Shown: positions 19,873 through 29,654 of the stretch, one piece after another
How the letters are laid out: every line of letters begins with the position of its first letter
Numbering within the stretch: the stretch's first letter is position 1
Origin: an uncultured Candidatus Rokubacteria bacterium
Lineage (GTDB): Bacteria; Methylomirabilota; Methylomirabilia; Rokubacteriales; DASRDR01
Direction of reading: 5' to 3'
Assembly: GCA_963708025.1 (NCBI GenBank)
Contig: CAVPSB010000015.1
Location: forward strand, 1 to 64,000
Length of the DNA: 64,000 nucleotides
Notes under the pieces: model-generated
Seen by the model: the letters and a program-made list of their open reading frames with translations, nothing else
Told to the model about the DNA's origin: nothing
Database searches by the model: none
Made by a program: the position numbers and the translations under genes

Positions 19873-22800
19873 ATGATGCAGTGTCCTCGGTGCCAGCACG
19901 AGAATCGCCCGCAGGCGAAGTTCTGCGAGGAATGCGCCAGTCCTTTCAAAGGGGTGAGCCCCATCACGCCGTCATACCCAGATCTGAAGGCCGAGCTCGA
20001 AAGCACTCGGCGAGCGCTCACCGAAGCGCAGGAACAGCAGACGGCGACCGCCGAGATACTGCGGGTGATCGCCCGCTCGCCGACCGACATCGGCCCGGTC
20101 TTTGCGACGATCCTCGAGAAGGCGATGGTCCTCGTCGGCGCCCAACTCGGGGCGCTCTTGCGCTACGAGGGCGACGAACTGTTCCGGTACGTCGAGATCC
20201 GCGGTGCCGGGCCCGAAACAGGGCCCTGTGGCAGGAACCCCAGCGGTTCGGGCGGCCGTTGTTTCGGTCGAGCGGCCCCTGGAAGCCGGCCCATATCCTC
20301 GACGTGCGCGAGACCGAGCCTTACCGTCGGCGAGAGCCGCTCTGGGTCACCAACGTCGAGCAGGAGGGAGTGCGGACGCTGCTGAACGTGCCGCTGGTCA
20401 AGCGGGGGCCGGTACCTCGGCGCCATCTCGCTCTGGCGTCGGGAGATGCGGGCCTTCTCCGAGAAGGAGATCGCGCTGCTCCAGACCTTCGCCGACCAGG
20501 CAGTCATCGCCATCGAGAACGTGCGGCTGTTCACGGAGCTGGAGGCGCGCAACCGGGACCTGGTGGCGACCAGCGAGATCCTCCAGGTGATCTCGCGCTC
20601 GCCGACCGAGCTCCAGCCGGTGCTTGACACGGTAGCCGAGAACGCCGCGCGGGTCTGCGGCGCCATCGAGTCGAGTATCTTCCGCCTGGATGGAGATGCC
20701 TTGCGGTTGGTGGCCCTGCATGGGGCGTTGCCGAGCCCCCTGGACGTCGGGGAGACCATCTCCGTCACGCGCGATACGGTGTCGGGCCGGGCGGTGTCTG
20801 AGCGGCGAACGATTCACGTCGAGGATATGTGGGCGCTGCCGGAGACGGAGTTCCAGGGGCGCGCGCGCTGGAGGCAGAGTCCGCACGCAGCCCGGACGTT
20901 CCTGGCCGCGCCACTCCTGCGCGAGGGCGTGCCGCTGGGCGCCATCCTGATCCGCCGGCGGGAGGCCCTGCCCTTTTCGGCGCGGCAGATTGAGCTCCTG
21001 GAGACCTTCGCGGCCCAGGCGGTGATCGCCATCGAGAACGTCCGCCTCTTCACGGAGCTCGGGGTCCGGAACCGCGACCTGACCGAGGCGCTGGAGCGGC
21101 AAACGGCCACCAGCGAGGTCCTCAAGGTGATCAGCCGCTCCGCCTTCGACCTGCAACCCGTGCTCGAAACGGTGGTCGAAAACGCCGTTCGGCTCTGTGG
21201 CGGAGAGAGAGCGTTCATCTTCCGATTCGACGGTAGACTTCTCCGGGTGGCCGCCACCTGCAACGTCTCCCGGGAGATCAGGGAGTTCGTCGAAGGCAAT
21301 CCGATTTCCCCGGGACGGGAGACCGCCACGGCGCGGGTCGCAATCGAGCGCCGAACGGTGCACGTCCACGACGTCTGGGCTGATCCCGAGTATACGTACC
21401 GCGCGCGAGAGCTGGATCCCTATCGGACCGTGCTCGGGGTCCCGATGCTCAGGGGGGGCGACCTCCTGGGCGTCATCGTCATGAACAGGCATGAAGTCCG
21501 TCCGTTCACCGACAAGCAAATCGAGCTGATGGAAACCTTCGCCGACCAGGCCGTCATCGCCATCGAGAACACCCGACTGTTCAACGAGCTGCAGGCCCGC
21601 ACCGCCCAGCTCACGCACTCGGTGGAGCAGCTCACCGCGCTCGGCGATGTCGGTCGGGCGCTCAGCTCGACACTCGATCTTGACACGGTGCTCCAGACCA
21701 TCGTGACTCGCGCCAGCCAGCTTGCCGGGACCGACGCCTGCTCCGTTTTCGAGTACGACGAGGCGACCGAAGCCTTCCACCTCCGCGCCACCCACAACCT
21801 TGACGAGGAGGTGGTGGCCCTCGCTCAGCGCGCACCGATTCGCAAAGGGGAGGGCATCCAGGGCCGCATGGCGGTGACGCGCCAGCCAGTCCAGATCCCC
21901 GACATCGCCGCCGAGGATGCCTATCGTGGGCCTCTCCGCGAGATCCTCCTCCGCACGGGGACCCGCGCACTGCTTGCCATCCCGATGCTGCGCGAAGACG
22001 AGCTGATTGGCGGGCTTACGGTCAACAAGAAGACGCCGGGGGCGTTCGCGCCGGAGGTCGTCGAGCTGCTCCAGACCTTCGCCACCCAGTCTGCGTTGGC
22101 GATCCAGAACGCTCGGCTCTTCCGCGGGATCGCAGACAAGAGCCGGCAACTGGAGGCCGCGAGCCGCCACAAGTCGGAGTTCCTCGCCAACATGTCCCAC
22201 GAGCTGCGGACCCCGCTCAATGCTGTCATCGGCTTCTCCGAGGTCCTCCTGGAGCGGATGTTCGGGGAGGTGAACGCGAAGCAGACCGAGTATCTCCAGG
22301 ACATTCTCGCCTCCGGTCAGCACCTCCTGTCCTTGATCAACGACATCCTGGACCTCTCCAAGGTGGAGGCCGGGCGACTGGAGCTGGAGTTGGGGCGGTT
22401 CCATCTGCCCACTGCCCTGGACAACGCGCTGACCCTGGTTCGAGAGCGGGCGACCCGGCACGGGATCACGCTCACCCAGACGGTGGACGAGCGGGTGGGC
22501 GAGATCGTGGGGGACGAGCGGAAGGTGAAGCAGATCCTGTTGAACCTCCTGTCAAATGCGGTGAAGTTCACTCCGGAGGGGGGCCGGGTGGGCGTGAGCG
22601 CCACGACGGCCGATGATGCCATCACCATCGCCGTCAGTGACACGGGGATCGGGATCGCGCCCGAGGATCAGGCGGCGATCTTCGAGGAGTTCCGCCAGGT
22701 CGGGCGCGACGACGCCAGGAAGCAGGAGGGCACGGGGCTCGGCCTGACCCTGGCCAAGAAGTTCGTGGAGCTGCACGGGGGACGGATCTGGGTCCAGAGC

Positions 22801-22902
22801 CAGGTGGGTCAGGGGTCCACGTTCACCTTCACCCTGCCAGTCCGGCCTGAAGGCAGGAGCTCGAGCGAAGAGTCGGGAGGTGCTCCTCCACCAAACGCGT
22901 GA
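19873..22902 (+). CDS. Zinc-ribbon, multi-GAF sensor histidine kinase (frameshifts near 20220 and 20405)
   Basis: CPRC..CEEC ribbon; repeated [15 protein letters not shown] ends; H-box [29 protein letters not shown]. Confidence 0.9.
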
Positions 22903-23031
22903 CCAAGCTCCGCGGACGGCTGTAGACCCTAACGAGCGGCAAGTGCCTGAATCGCAAAGCTCAGGGAAAGTGCCACCATCCTACGTAGCTCGTTGGAGCC
23001 ACCACCCGAATGTCCTTGAGCTGTCCCCTTC

Positions 23032-23067
23032 CGGGTTTGAGGACGTTGGCCTACGTCCTCAAACCCG
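23032..23067. terminator. Perfect 15-bp hairpin between convergent genes (terminator or REP-like)
   Basis: CGGGTTTGAGGACGT-TGGCCT-ACGTCCTCAAACCCG. Confidence 0.5.
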
Positions 23068-23179
23068 AATTAGCCTCCTCGCCTTCACGGCGCGAGTACG
23101 CGCTGCGCCTGCGCTTCATAGAAGGCGACCGCGCGCTTGAGCTGCGGTGAGCGAATGCGCGTGTAGAGAGGAAGAAGGG

Positions 23180-23620
23180 CTTCGCGCCCTTCGCGTACGC
23201 CGGGCTGATGTTGTTCAGCGTCTCGTCGCTCGAGTGCGCGAATCCCCACCACTCGTCGAAGCTCCGGTCGTTCGGCATCCGTCCCTGCTTGTCGCCGAGG
23301 TGCCCGCTTGCCGTACGTCGCCGACTGGTAGCCCGCGTCGTGCAGCGGCTCGGCCAGCGGACTCTCACGGGACGAGGCCCTGAGGCAGCCCCGGCAAGAG
23401 GACCTTTTGACGTGCCGCTCCGGATCGGCATGCGCCCGGTCATGAGGGCGGAGCGAGTGGGAGTGCACTCGGGCTCGACGTTGAGCTTGGTGAGCCTCAG
23501 GCCCTGGCGCGCCAGCTCGTCGATGCGGGGCGTCGGGGCGCCGCGCACCTCGCCGGCGCCGTAGACGCCGATGTCGCCGTAGCCCAGATTGTCCGTGAGG
23601 ATGAACAAGACGTCACGCAT
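23180..23620 (-). pseudogene. Arylsulfatase N-terminal remnant
   Basis: DNLGYGD, TPRID and CTPTRSALMTGR (CxPxR) motifs, then frameshifts and truncation. Confidence 0.8.
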
Positions 23621-23720
23621 TGTTGCCTCGCAGCTCGGCCGTCGGCAGAGCGCCTTGCGCCAATCCCCGGCCTGTGGTTCTGTATCGCCTGAGAGCACAC
23701 CACGCGAGGAGGGAATCCCT

Positions 23721-24332
23721 ATGATGGTTGCGCGTCCTGACGACTTCGCGGGACGGCATCTGATCGTGGACGCGTCCACGTACAATCGCCGGAACCTCAC
23801 ATCGACCGACACCGTCTTCTCTTTGTTCGAGGCCATGGCCCGAAACCTGGACATGACCCTCGTCATCCCTCCGATCGTGTGCCGCTATCCGTTCGCGAAC
23901 AGCGAGCTGGAGACATTCTGTGACGACGTGGAGAACGAGCTGAAGAAGAAGATGAGCGAGCTGGGCGAAGCGTCCGGCGTGGATCTGAACCTGAGCCCGA
24001 TCGCCGTCATGCGACAGTCACTCAAGAAGCGGCAGGTAGAGGACTCGGGCGTCACGGGCATCGGCATCTGGGCGGAGAGCCACTGCGCCATCCACACCTG
24101 GGACGAGGACCTGTACCTGGCCTTCGACGCGTTCTCGTGCAAGGACTTCAACCCGGCTGATGCACTCCGACTCCTGCTCAACAGCTTCGACATGGAGATG
24201 CTGAACGGCGTCGATCTGCTCCGCTTCCAGCGAGGCGTGCCGCGGATCACCCATTTCCAGGTCAACAACCGCTGGGAGGTCCTCATCGACGGTCGGAAGG
24301 CCGGTGAGCTGGAATCCTACGACTTCCGCTGA
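23721..24332 (+). CDS. Pyruvoyl-dependent S-adenosylmethionine decarboxylase (SpeD)-like protein with a long insertion
   Basis: GRHLIVD; GVTG...AESHCAIHTW self-cleavage motif; DAFSC; GAGGAGG RBS. Confidence 0.82.
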   Translation: MMVARPDDFAGRHLIVDASTYNRRNLTSTDTVFSLFEAMARNLDMTLVIPPIVCRYPFANSELETFCDDVENELKKKMSELGEASGVDLNLSPIAVMRQSLKKRQVEDSGVTGIGIWAESHCAIHTWDEDLYLAFDAFSCKDFNPADALRLLLNSFDMEMLNGVDLLRFQRGVPRITHFQVNNRWEVLIDGRKAGELESYDFR

Positions 24333-24433
24333 GGCAGCGAGGCGGGCGGCTCTCACGCCGCACGTGTGAGTCCGACGCAGTCGCTGAATTAGCTCCAATC
24401 GGCGAATACGCGAGGCGGGTCGCGCCCCCTCTT

Positions 24434-24528
24434 CCCTCTCTCCCTTTGGGGGAGAGGGTCAGGGTGAGTGGGAAGCCATGGCCTCCTATCGACCCTCACC
24501 CCAACCCTCTCCCTGGAAGGGAGAGGGA
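24434..24528. repeat. Inverted pair of REP-like palindromic elements
   Basis: CCCTCTCTCCCTTTGGGGGAGAGGGTCAGGGTGAG (from 24434) and the inverted CCCTCACCCCAACCCTCTCCCTGGAAGGGAGAGGGA (24493-24528). Confidence 0.7.
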
Positions 24529-24760
24529 GCGGAGTAGGAACGGCTCTCGGAGTGCTGACGCGGGTACTGTATTCGCCGTTCTATCTGAACGCCGGCTGGC
24601 GTCCGACCTGGCCAGCTACGCTCGTTCGACCTGGGAAGACTTCGGTCTGCCCGTGACGTACGAGACCGCCGCGGAGCAGGTCAGAGAAGCCTTCCGGCGC
24701 GCGAAGAGTGGCCAATGAGAACGGGAGGACGAGAAGTGGCCGGCGCCCTCGCCAATCCGC

Positions 24761-27700
24761 CTAGCGTCGCGTGATGGAGACCGTTTGGGCGAGGCGCGCG
24801 CGCTCGAGATCAACCATCCGCCGGTAGTGATCGGCGTTGAGTTCGGCCGCGAGGGCCTCCGCGGACTCGAGCGCGCTCTCGAGCGCGGTGCGGTCCGGGA
24901 CGGGCTCGGAGGCAAGGAGGCGGACCCCCGCCAGCGCGACGTCGCAGGCGCCGAGCCGCCAGCCCCGTCCACGCTCGACGGACTCGCGCGCTTCGGCGAG
25001 AAGGGCGCGGGCTCCGGAGCGGTCGCCGGCGGCCAGCCTCGCGTCCGCGAGCGTCGCCAGGATGCGGGGCTCGTACCACAGCGCGGCGCGCGTCGTTCGC
25101 GCCAGCCCGAGCGCGGTCTCGAGCACGCTCGTGGCGGTGGCGACATCGCCGGCCGCGAGTGCGGCTGCCCCGAGAAACGCCGCGGCCTCCACCCGGGAGA
25201 AGGGACTTCCGCGCGCTTCCGCCACCTCGACAGCACGGCGGCCGTGGGCGAGCGCGCCGGGAAGATCGCCCCGCAGCCGCAGCACCTCGCACAAGAATCC
25301 GTGCGTCCCGTACAGGGCTTCGAGTCCGCCCTCCTTCTCGTCGGCGAGGAGCGCTTCCAAGGCTGCCTGAGCGTCGGCCGCTTTCCCCAGGTAGGCGCTC
25401 GCCACCGCCCACCAGATGCGACAGAAACCCGGTGCGGTGGAACGCCCGAGCGCTTCCAGCAGCACGGCGTCCCGCGCGAGCTCGGCCAGGGCTCGCTCGG
25501 CGATCGCTCGCGCGGGAGAGAGCCTGCCGACCGCGAGCTGCGCGTGCGCCAGCACGGCGTGCATCTCGAATGCGAGCACCGCGTCGTCGGATCCCTCGGC
25601 GAGCTCCGCGGCTCGCTCCGCGCACGCGAGGTACTGCGTCACATCTCCCGCGAGCCCGCACAGGCGTCCGTAGGATGTGAGGAGGAACGCGTGGCCTCCC
25701 CGATCCCCCAGGCGCTCGGCGACCACGCGTGCCTCTTCGAAGAGGCCCCGGGCATCCTTCTCTTCGATGCCTGCGATGCGGCCGATCTCGATCAACGCGA
25801 TGCGCGAAGTGAGCTCGAGCATCAGGGTCTCGCGGGACTCGGGAAGGCCAGCGAGAAGCTTCGTGACCCTACGGCAGTGCCGCACCCCATCCGCCGGATC
25901 GCCGCGTGCGACGCGCCGGCCCGCGCGCTCGTGCCAGCGCGCGGCCTCGAGGCGCTCGCCTGCCTCCTCGTAGTGATGGGCGAGGAGCGCGGCGTGCGTC
26001 GGGGCCGCGGTTCCGTGGAGTGCGAGCAGCGCTCGCGCGACCGCCGCGTGGGTCCGGCGCCGACGATCCAGAAGCTGTGTGCGGTAGGCCACTTCGTGCG
26101 TGAGGGGATGCCGGAAAGCGCGCTCGCCCGGAGACTCGACCGGACCGAGGAGCTCGGCTGTCGCGAGCCGCTCGAGCGACGCGGCGAGCTCGGGTCCTGG
26201 CAGATCCACCACGACGCGCAGCAGCTCCGTCGGCACGTCCCGTCCGACGACCGCCGCGGCCTGGAGCACGTCCTTGTCCCGCTGGGAGAGGCGATCGATG
26301 CGCGAGGCGAGGACGGCTTGAACGGTCTCGGGCAGGGCGATCTCCTCGACCGGGGCGGCCGCGGCGTACGCCCCGCGTTCGCCACGCAGCGCGCCGCGTT
26401 CGACGAGCGAGCGAACGATCTCCTCGAGGAAGAGGGGATTGCCGCGGGCCCGGGCCTCGATCCGGGCTCGCAGCGGTGCCAGCGCGGGGTCGAATCCGAG
26501 CCAGTCGTCGAGCAACGTCGAGGCGTCTCGGGAGGCGAGGGGCGCCAGCGAGAGACGCTCGACCGACTCGGACCACGCGGGCCGATAGCCGGGCCGCGCG
26601 GTCGTGAGCAGCAGGACCCTGCTGCCGGCGCACTCCGGAGCCAGGAGACGCCCGGTGAGCATGTCCAGCGCGGCTTCGCTCGCCGGGTCGAGCCAGTGCA
26701 GATCCTCGACCCAGAGCAACGTGAGCTCGCGTCGTGCGCGGCCCTGAATCAGGTCGCAAAGTGACTGGAACAGCCGCGTGCGGCGGGCCTGGGGCTCCAG
26801 CTCCGAAGGAGCCAGGGCGGGATCAGGCGCCCCGAGAAGCTCGAGCCAGAAACCGAGCGCGATCGGATCGACGGGCTGCGTGCTCGCCAAACCGCGCCCC
26901 ACGGCGTCCCGGAACTCCGCAGGCGAAGCGCCTTCATCGACGCCGAAGAGACCGCGAGCGAGCTCGACGACCGCATGGAAGGGGAGCAGCTGCCCGTGGG
27001 AGAGCGCGCGCGCACGGTGAAGGGGCACACCGGGGGAGCGCTCGACGAGCTCGTGACACAGGCGGCTCTTTCCGGCGCCCGGCTCCCCGGTGATCAGGAC
27101 GACTCTCGGCTGCCCGGACTGCGCTTCGCGCAGAGCCCTCTCGAGCAGAGCGAGCTCTCGCTCGCGGCCGATGAAGCGCGAGAAGCCGCGCGCCCGTGAG
27201 CGCTCGAGGCGGCTCCGGATCGGACCCGGGCCCCGCAGGTCGAACACCCGCACGGGGGTGCTTGCGCCCTTGAGACTCTGTTCCCCCCGATCGAGGAAGT
27301 CGAAGAAGCCCGACGCGAGCCGCGCGGTCTGCTCGGTCACACTGATACCGTCCGGCGGCGCCAGCTGCTGCACCCGGGCGGCGAGCCCGACGACGTGACC
27401 CTGCGCGGTGTAGTCCATGCGGAGGTCGTCGCCGATTCGCCCGACGACCACCTCGCCCGAGTTGAGGCCCATCCGCACTGCGAAATCGAGCCCGCTCTCG
27501 CGCCGGATGTCTTCGGCGAGTGCCCGGAGGTCGCGCGCCATCTCGAGCGCGGCGGCGCAGGCGCGCTGGGCGTGGTCCTCGTGGGCGATCGGGGCGCCGA
27601 AGAGCGCCATGATGCCGTCACCGGTGTACTGATTGATGGTCCCCTCGTAGCGGTGGACGCCGTTCGCGAGGACCCGGAAGAGGCGATCGAGGAGGCGATG

Positions 27701-27943
27701 CCATTCCTCGGGATCGACGCGCTCGGCGAGCTCCATCGAGCGCGCGACGTCGGCGAAGAGGACGGTGACCGGCTTGCGCTCGCCTTCGAGCGCGCTCCTG
27801 GAGGCGAGGATCTTCTCGACGAGGTGGCGCGGGGTGTAGGAACGCGGCTCGGGGGTGGTCGCCGGCGCCCCGAGGCGCGCGCCACAGTCGTTGCAGAACC
27901 TCGCTCCGGCGGGGTTCTCGTGTCTGCAAGATGGGCAGCTCAT
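24761..27943 (-). CDS. Zinc-ribbon class III adenylate/guanylate cyclase with AAA ATPase and TPR-like region
   Basis: CPSC..CNDC; VTVLFAD, GDGIMALFGAP and RMGLNSG cyclase motifs; GEPGAGKS Walker A; EDLHW. Confidence 0.92.
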   Translation of the reverse strand: MSCPSCRHENPAGARFCNDCGARLGAPATTPEPRSYTPRHLVEKILASRSALEGERKPVTVLFADVARSMELAERVDPEEWHRLLDRLFRVLANGVHRYEGTINQYTGDGIMALFGAPIAHEDHAQRACAAALEMARDLRALAEDIRRESGLDFAVRMGLNSGEVVVGRIGDDLRMDYTAQGHVVGLAARVQQLAPPDGISVTEQTARLASGFFDFLDRGEQSLKGASTPVRVFDLRGPGPIRSRLERSRARGFSRFIGRERELALLERALREAQSGQPRVVLITGEPGAGKSRLCHELVERSPGVPLHRARALSHGQLLPFHAVVELARGLFGVDEGASPAEFRDAVGRGLASTQPVDPIALGFWLELLGAPDPALAPSELEPQARRTRLFQSLCDLIQGRARRELTLLWVEDLHWLDPASEAALDMLTGRLLAPECAGSRVLLLTTARPGYRPAWSESVERLSLAPLASRDASTLLDDWLGFDPALAPLRARIEARARGNPLFLEEIVRSLVERGALRGERGAYAAAAPVEEIALPETVQAVLASRIDRLSQRDKDVLQAAAVVGRDVPTELLRVVVDLPGPELAASLERLATAELLGPVESPGERAFRHPLTHEVAYRTQLLDRRRRTHAAVARALLALHGTAAPTHAALLAHHYEEAGERLEAARWHERAGRRVARGDPADGVRHCRRVTKLLAGLPESRETLMLELTSRIALIEIGRIAGIEEKDARGLFEEARVVAERLGDRGGHAFLLTSYGRLCGLAGDVTQYLACAERAAELAEGSDDAVLAFEMHAVLAHAQLAVGRLSPARAIAERALAELARDAVLLEALGRSTAPGFCRIWWAVASAYLGKAADAQAALEALLADEKEGGLEALYGTHGFLCEVLRLRGDLPGALAHGRRAVEVAEARGSPFSRVEAAAFLGAAALAAGDVATATSVLETALGLARTTRAALWYEPRILATLADARLAAGDRSGARALLAEARESVERGRGWRLGACDVALAGVRLLASEPVPDRTALESALESAEALAAELNADHYRRMVDLERARLAQTVSITRR

Positions 27944-28042
27944 CGGACCCCAACCTATCTTAGCCCTGTCCGCGGAGGAGTATCATGCCAAGAGGGGAGA
28001 GCTCGTGGCCAGTAACCCATCGATCGGGCGGATGAGGTAACG

Positions 28043-29551
28043 ATGAAGCTGGGTGTCGATTTCGGGACCACGCGAGTCGTAGTAGCGGCGGTCGATCGCG
28101 GCAACTATCCGATTCTGACCTTCGAGACACGCGACGGCACCGCGGACTGGTTCCCGCCGGTGGTGGCGCTGCGGGGGGCGGAGCGGCGCTTCGGTTGGGG
28201 CGCGTGGACGGTCCAGGGGGAGCCGGGCTGGACCGTCGTCCGGTCGCTCAAGCGGGTGCTGGAGGACGCGGGGACCGAGACCTGTCTCGATGTCGACGGG
28301 GCCCGCTACCGGCTGATGGACCTGCTCACCGGGATGACCACCGAGCTGCGGCGCGCGCTCGGGCTCGAGGACCCGCTGGAGGTCATGCTGGGCGTCCCGG
28401 CCAACGCCAACGGCAATCAGCGCTTCCTGACCATCGAGGCCTTCCGCCGGGCGGGCTTCCAGATGCTCGGTCTCCTGAACGAGCCGTCGGCGGCGGCCAT
28501 CGAGTTCGGTCACAGCCAGAAGCTCAAGGGACGTCTGCTCGTGTACGACCTGGGAGGCGGCACCTTCGACGCCTCGCTGGTGGACCTGGACGAGCGGATC
28601 CACACCGTCGTGGGCAGCGAGGGGATCGCCACCCTGGGCGGCGACGACTTCGACCACGTGCTGGCGGACATGGCGCTGGAAGACGTCGCGCGCGGCGAGC
28701 TGTCGGCCGGCGAGCTCTTCCGGCTGCTGGAGGAATGCCGGCGCCAGAAGGAGGCGCTGCATCCGAACACGCGCAAGATCGTGGTCGACCTGGACCACGC
28801 CCGTGAAGGCTGGGGGCAGGTCACGATCCCGGTGCCGGCGTACTACGAGCGGTGCCGACCGCTGATCGAGGAGACCATCCGCCGGGTGTCGGCCCTGGTG
28901 GGCGACGAGGAGATCGAGGCGCTGTACGTGACCGGCGGCGGGAGCGAGCTGCCCCTGGTGGGCCGCCTGCTCCGGGAGGAGTTCGGGCGGCGCGTGCGGC
29001 GCAGCGCCTACACGCGATCGGCGACGGCGATCGGTCTCGCCATCCAGGCCGACGCGTTGTCGGGCTACACGCTGCACGAGGTGTTCTCGCGGAACTTCGG
29101 CGTGTGGCGGGAGGGCGAGGGCGGCCGCGCCATGGTCTTCGACGTGATCTTCCCCCGCGGCACGCGCCTGCCGGCGCCGGGCGAGTCGTCGCTCGCCGTG
29201 CGGCGGCACTATCGGCCCGTGCACAACGTCGGTCACTTTCGGTACATCGAGGCGAGCCACCTGGACGGCGCCGGCCAGCCCGCCGGCGACATCGCGGTGT
29301 GGGACGAGGTGTGGTTCCCGCTCGATCCGGCCCTCGAGGGGCACCCCGACCTGGCCCGAGCCTCGGTCGAGAAATCCGAGACGGCCGCCAGCCAGCAGAT
29401 CGAGGAGCAGTACGTCTGCCACGCGACGGGGACCCTGGTGGTGACGATCCACAACCTCACGTCGCAGTACGCGCGCGAGTACACCCTGGGCCGCTGGTCG
29501 GACAAGCCGGGAGTCGTGCGGGCGCCGGCCAAGAGGCGCCAGCGGCGGTGA
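28043..29551 (+). CDS. Atypical Hsp70-family protein
   Basis: GVDFGTT, NEPSAAA, DLGGGTFD, LGGDDFD and TGGGS motifs. Confidence 0.88.
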   Translation: MKLGVDFGTTRVVVAAVDRGNYPILTFETRDGTADWFPPVVALRGAERRFGWGAWTVQGEPGWTVVRSLKRVLEDAGTETCLDVDGARYRLMDLLTGMTTELRRALGLEDPLEVMLGVPANANGNQRFLTIEAFRRAGFQMLGLLNEPSAAAIEFGHSQKLKGRLLVYDLGGGTFDASLVDLDERIHTVVGSEGIATLGGDDFDHVLADMALEDVARGELSAGELFRLLEECRRQKEALHPNTRKIVVDLDHAREGWGQVTIPVPAYYERCRPLIEETIRRVSALVGDEEIEALYVTGGGSELPLVGRLLREEFGRRVRRSAYTRSATAIGLAIQADALSGYTLHEVFSRNFGVWREGEGGRAMVFDVIFPRGTRLPAPGESSLAVRRHYRPVHNVGHFRYIEASHLDGAGQPAGDIAVWDEVWFPLDPALEGHPDLARASVEKSETAASQQIEEQYVCHATGTLVVTIHNLTSQYAREYTLGRWSDKPGVVRAPAKRRQRR

Positions 29552-29654
29552 TCCCGGGACCCGGAGCCGCTCGACGCCGCGCCTGATGGGGGATCCGCTG
29601 CTGACAGGTGCGGCGGCGAGTGCGCACACGGCGTGGCCTGGCTGACAGCCGTCT

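Noticed and set aside
22927-22998. Integron attC-like site (CTAACGAGC...GCTCGTTGG)
   Set aside because: The core sites deviate from RYYYAAC/GTTRRRY, inner L boxes are not evident, and there is no integrase or second site.
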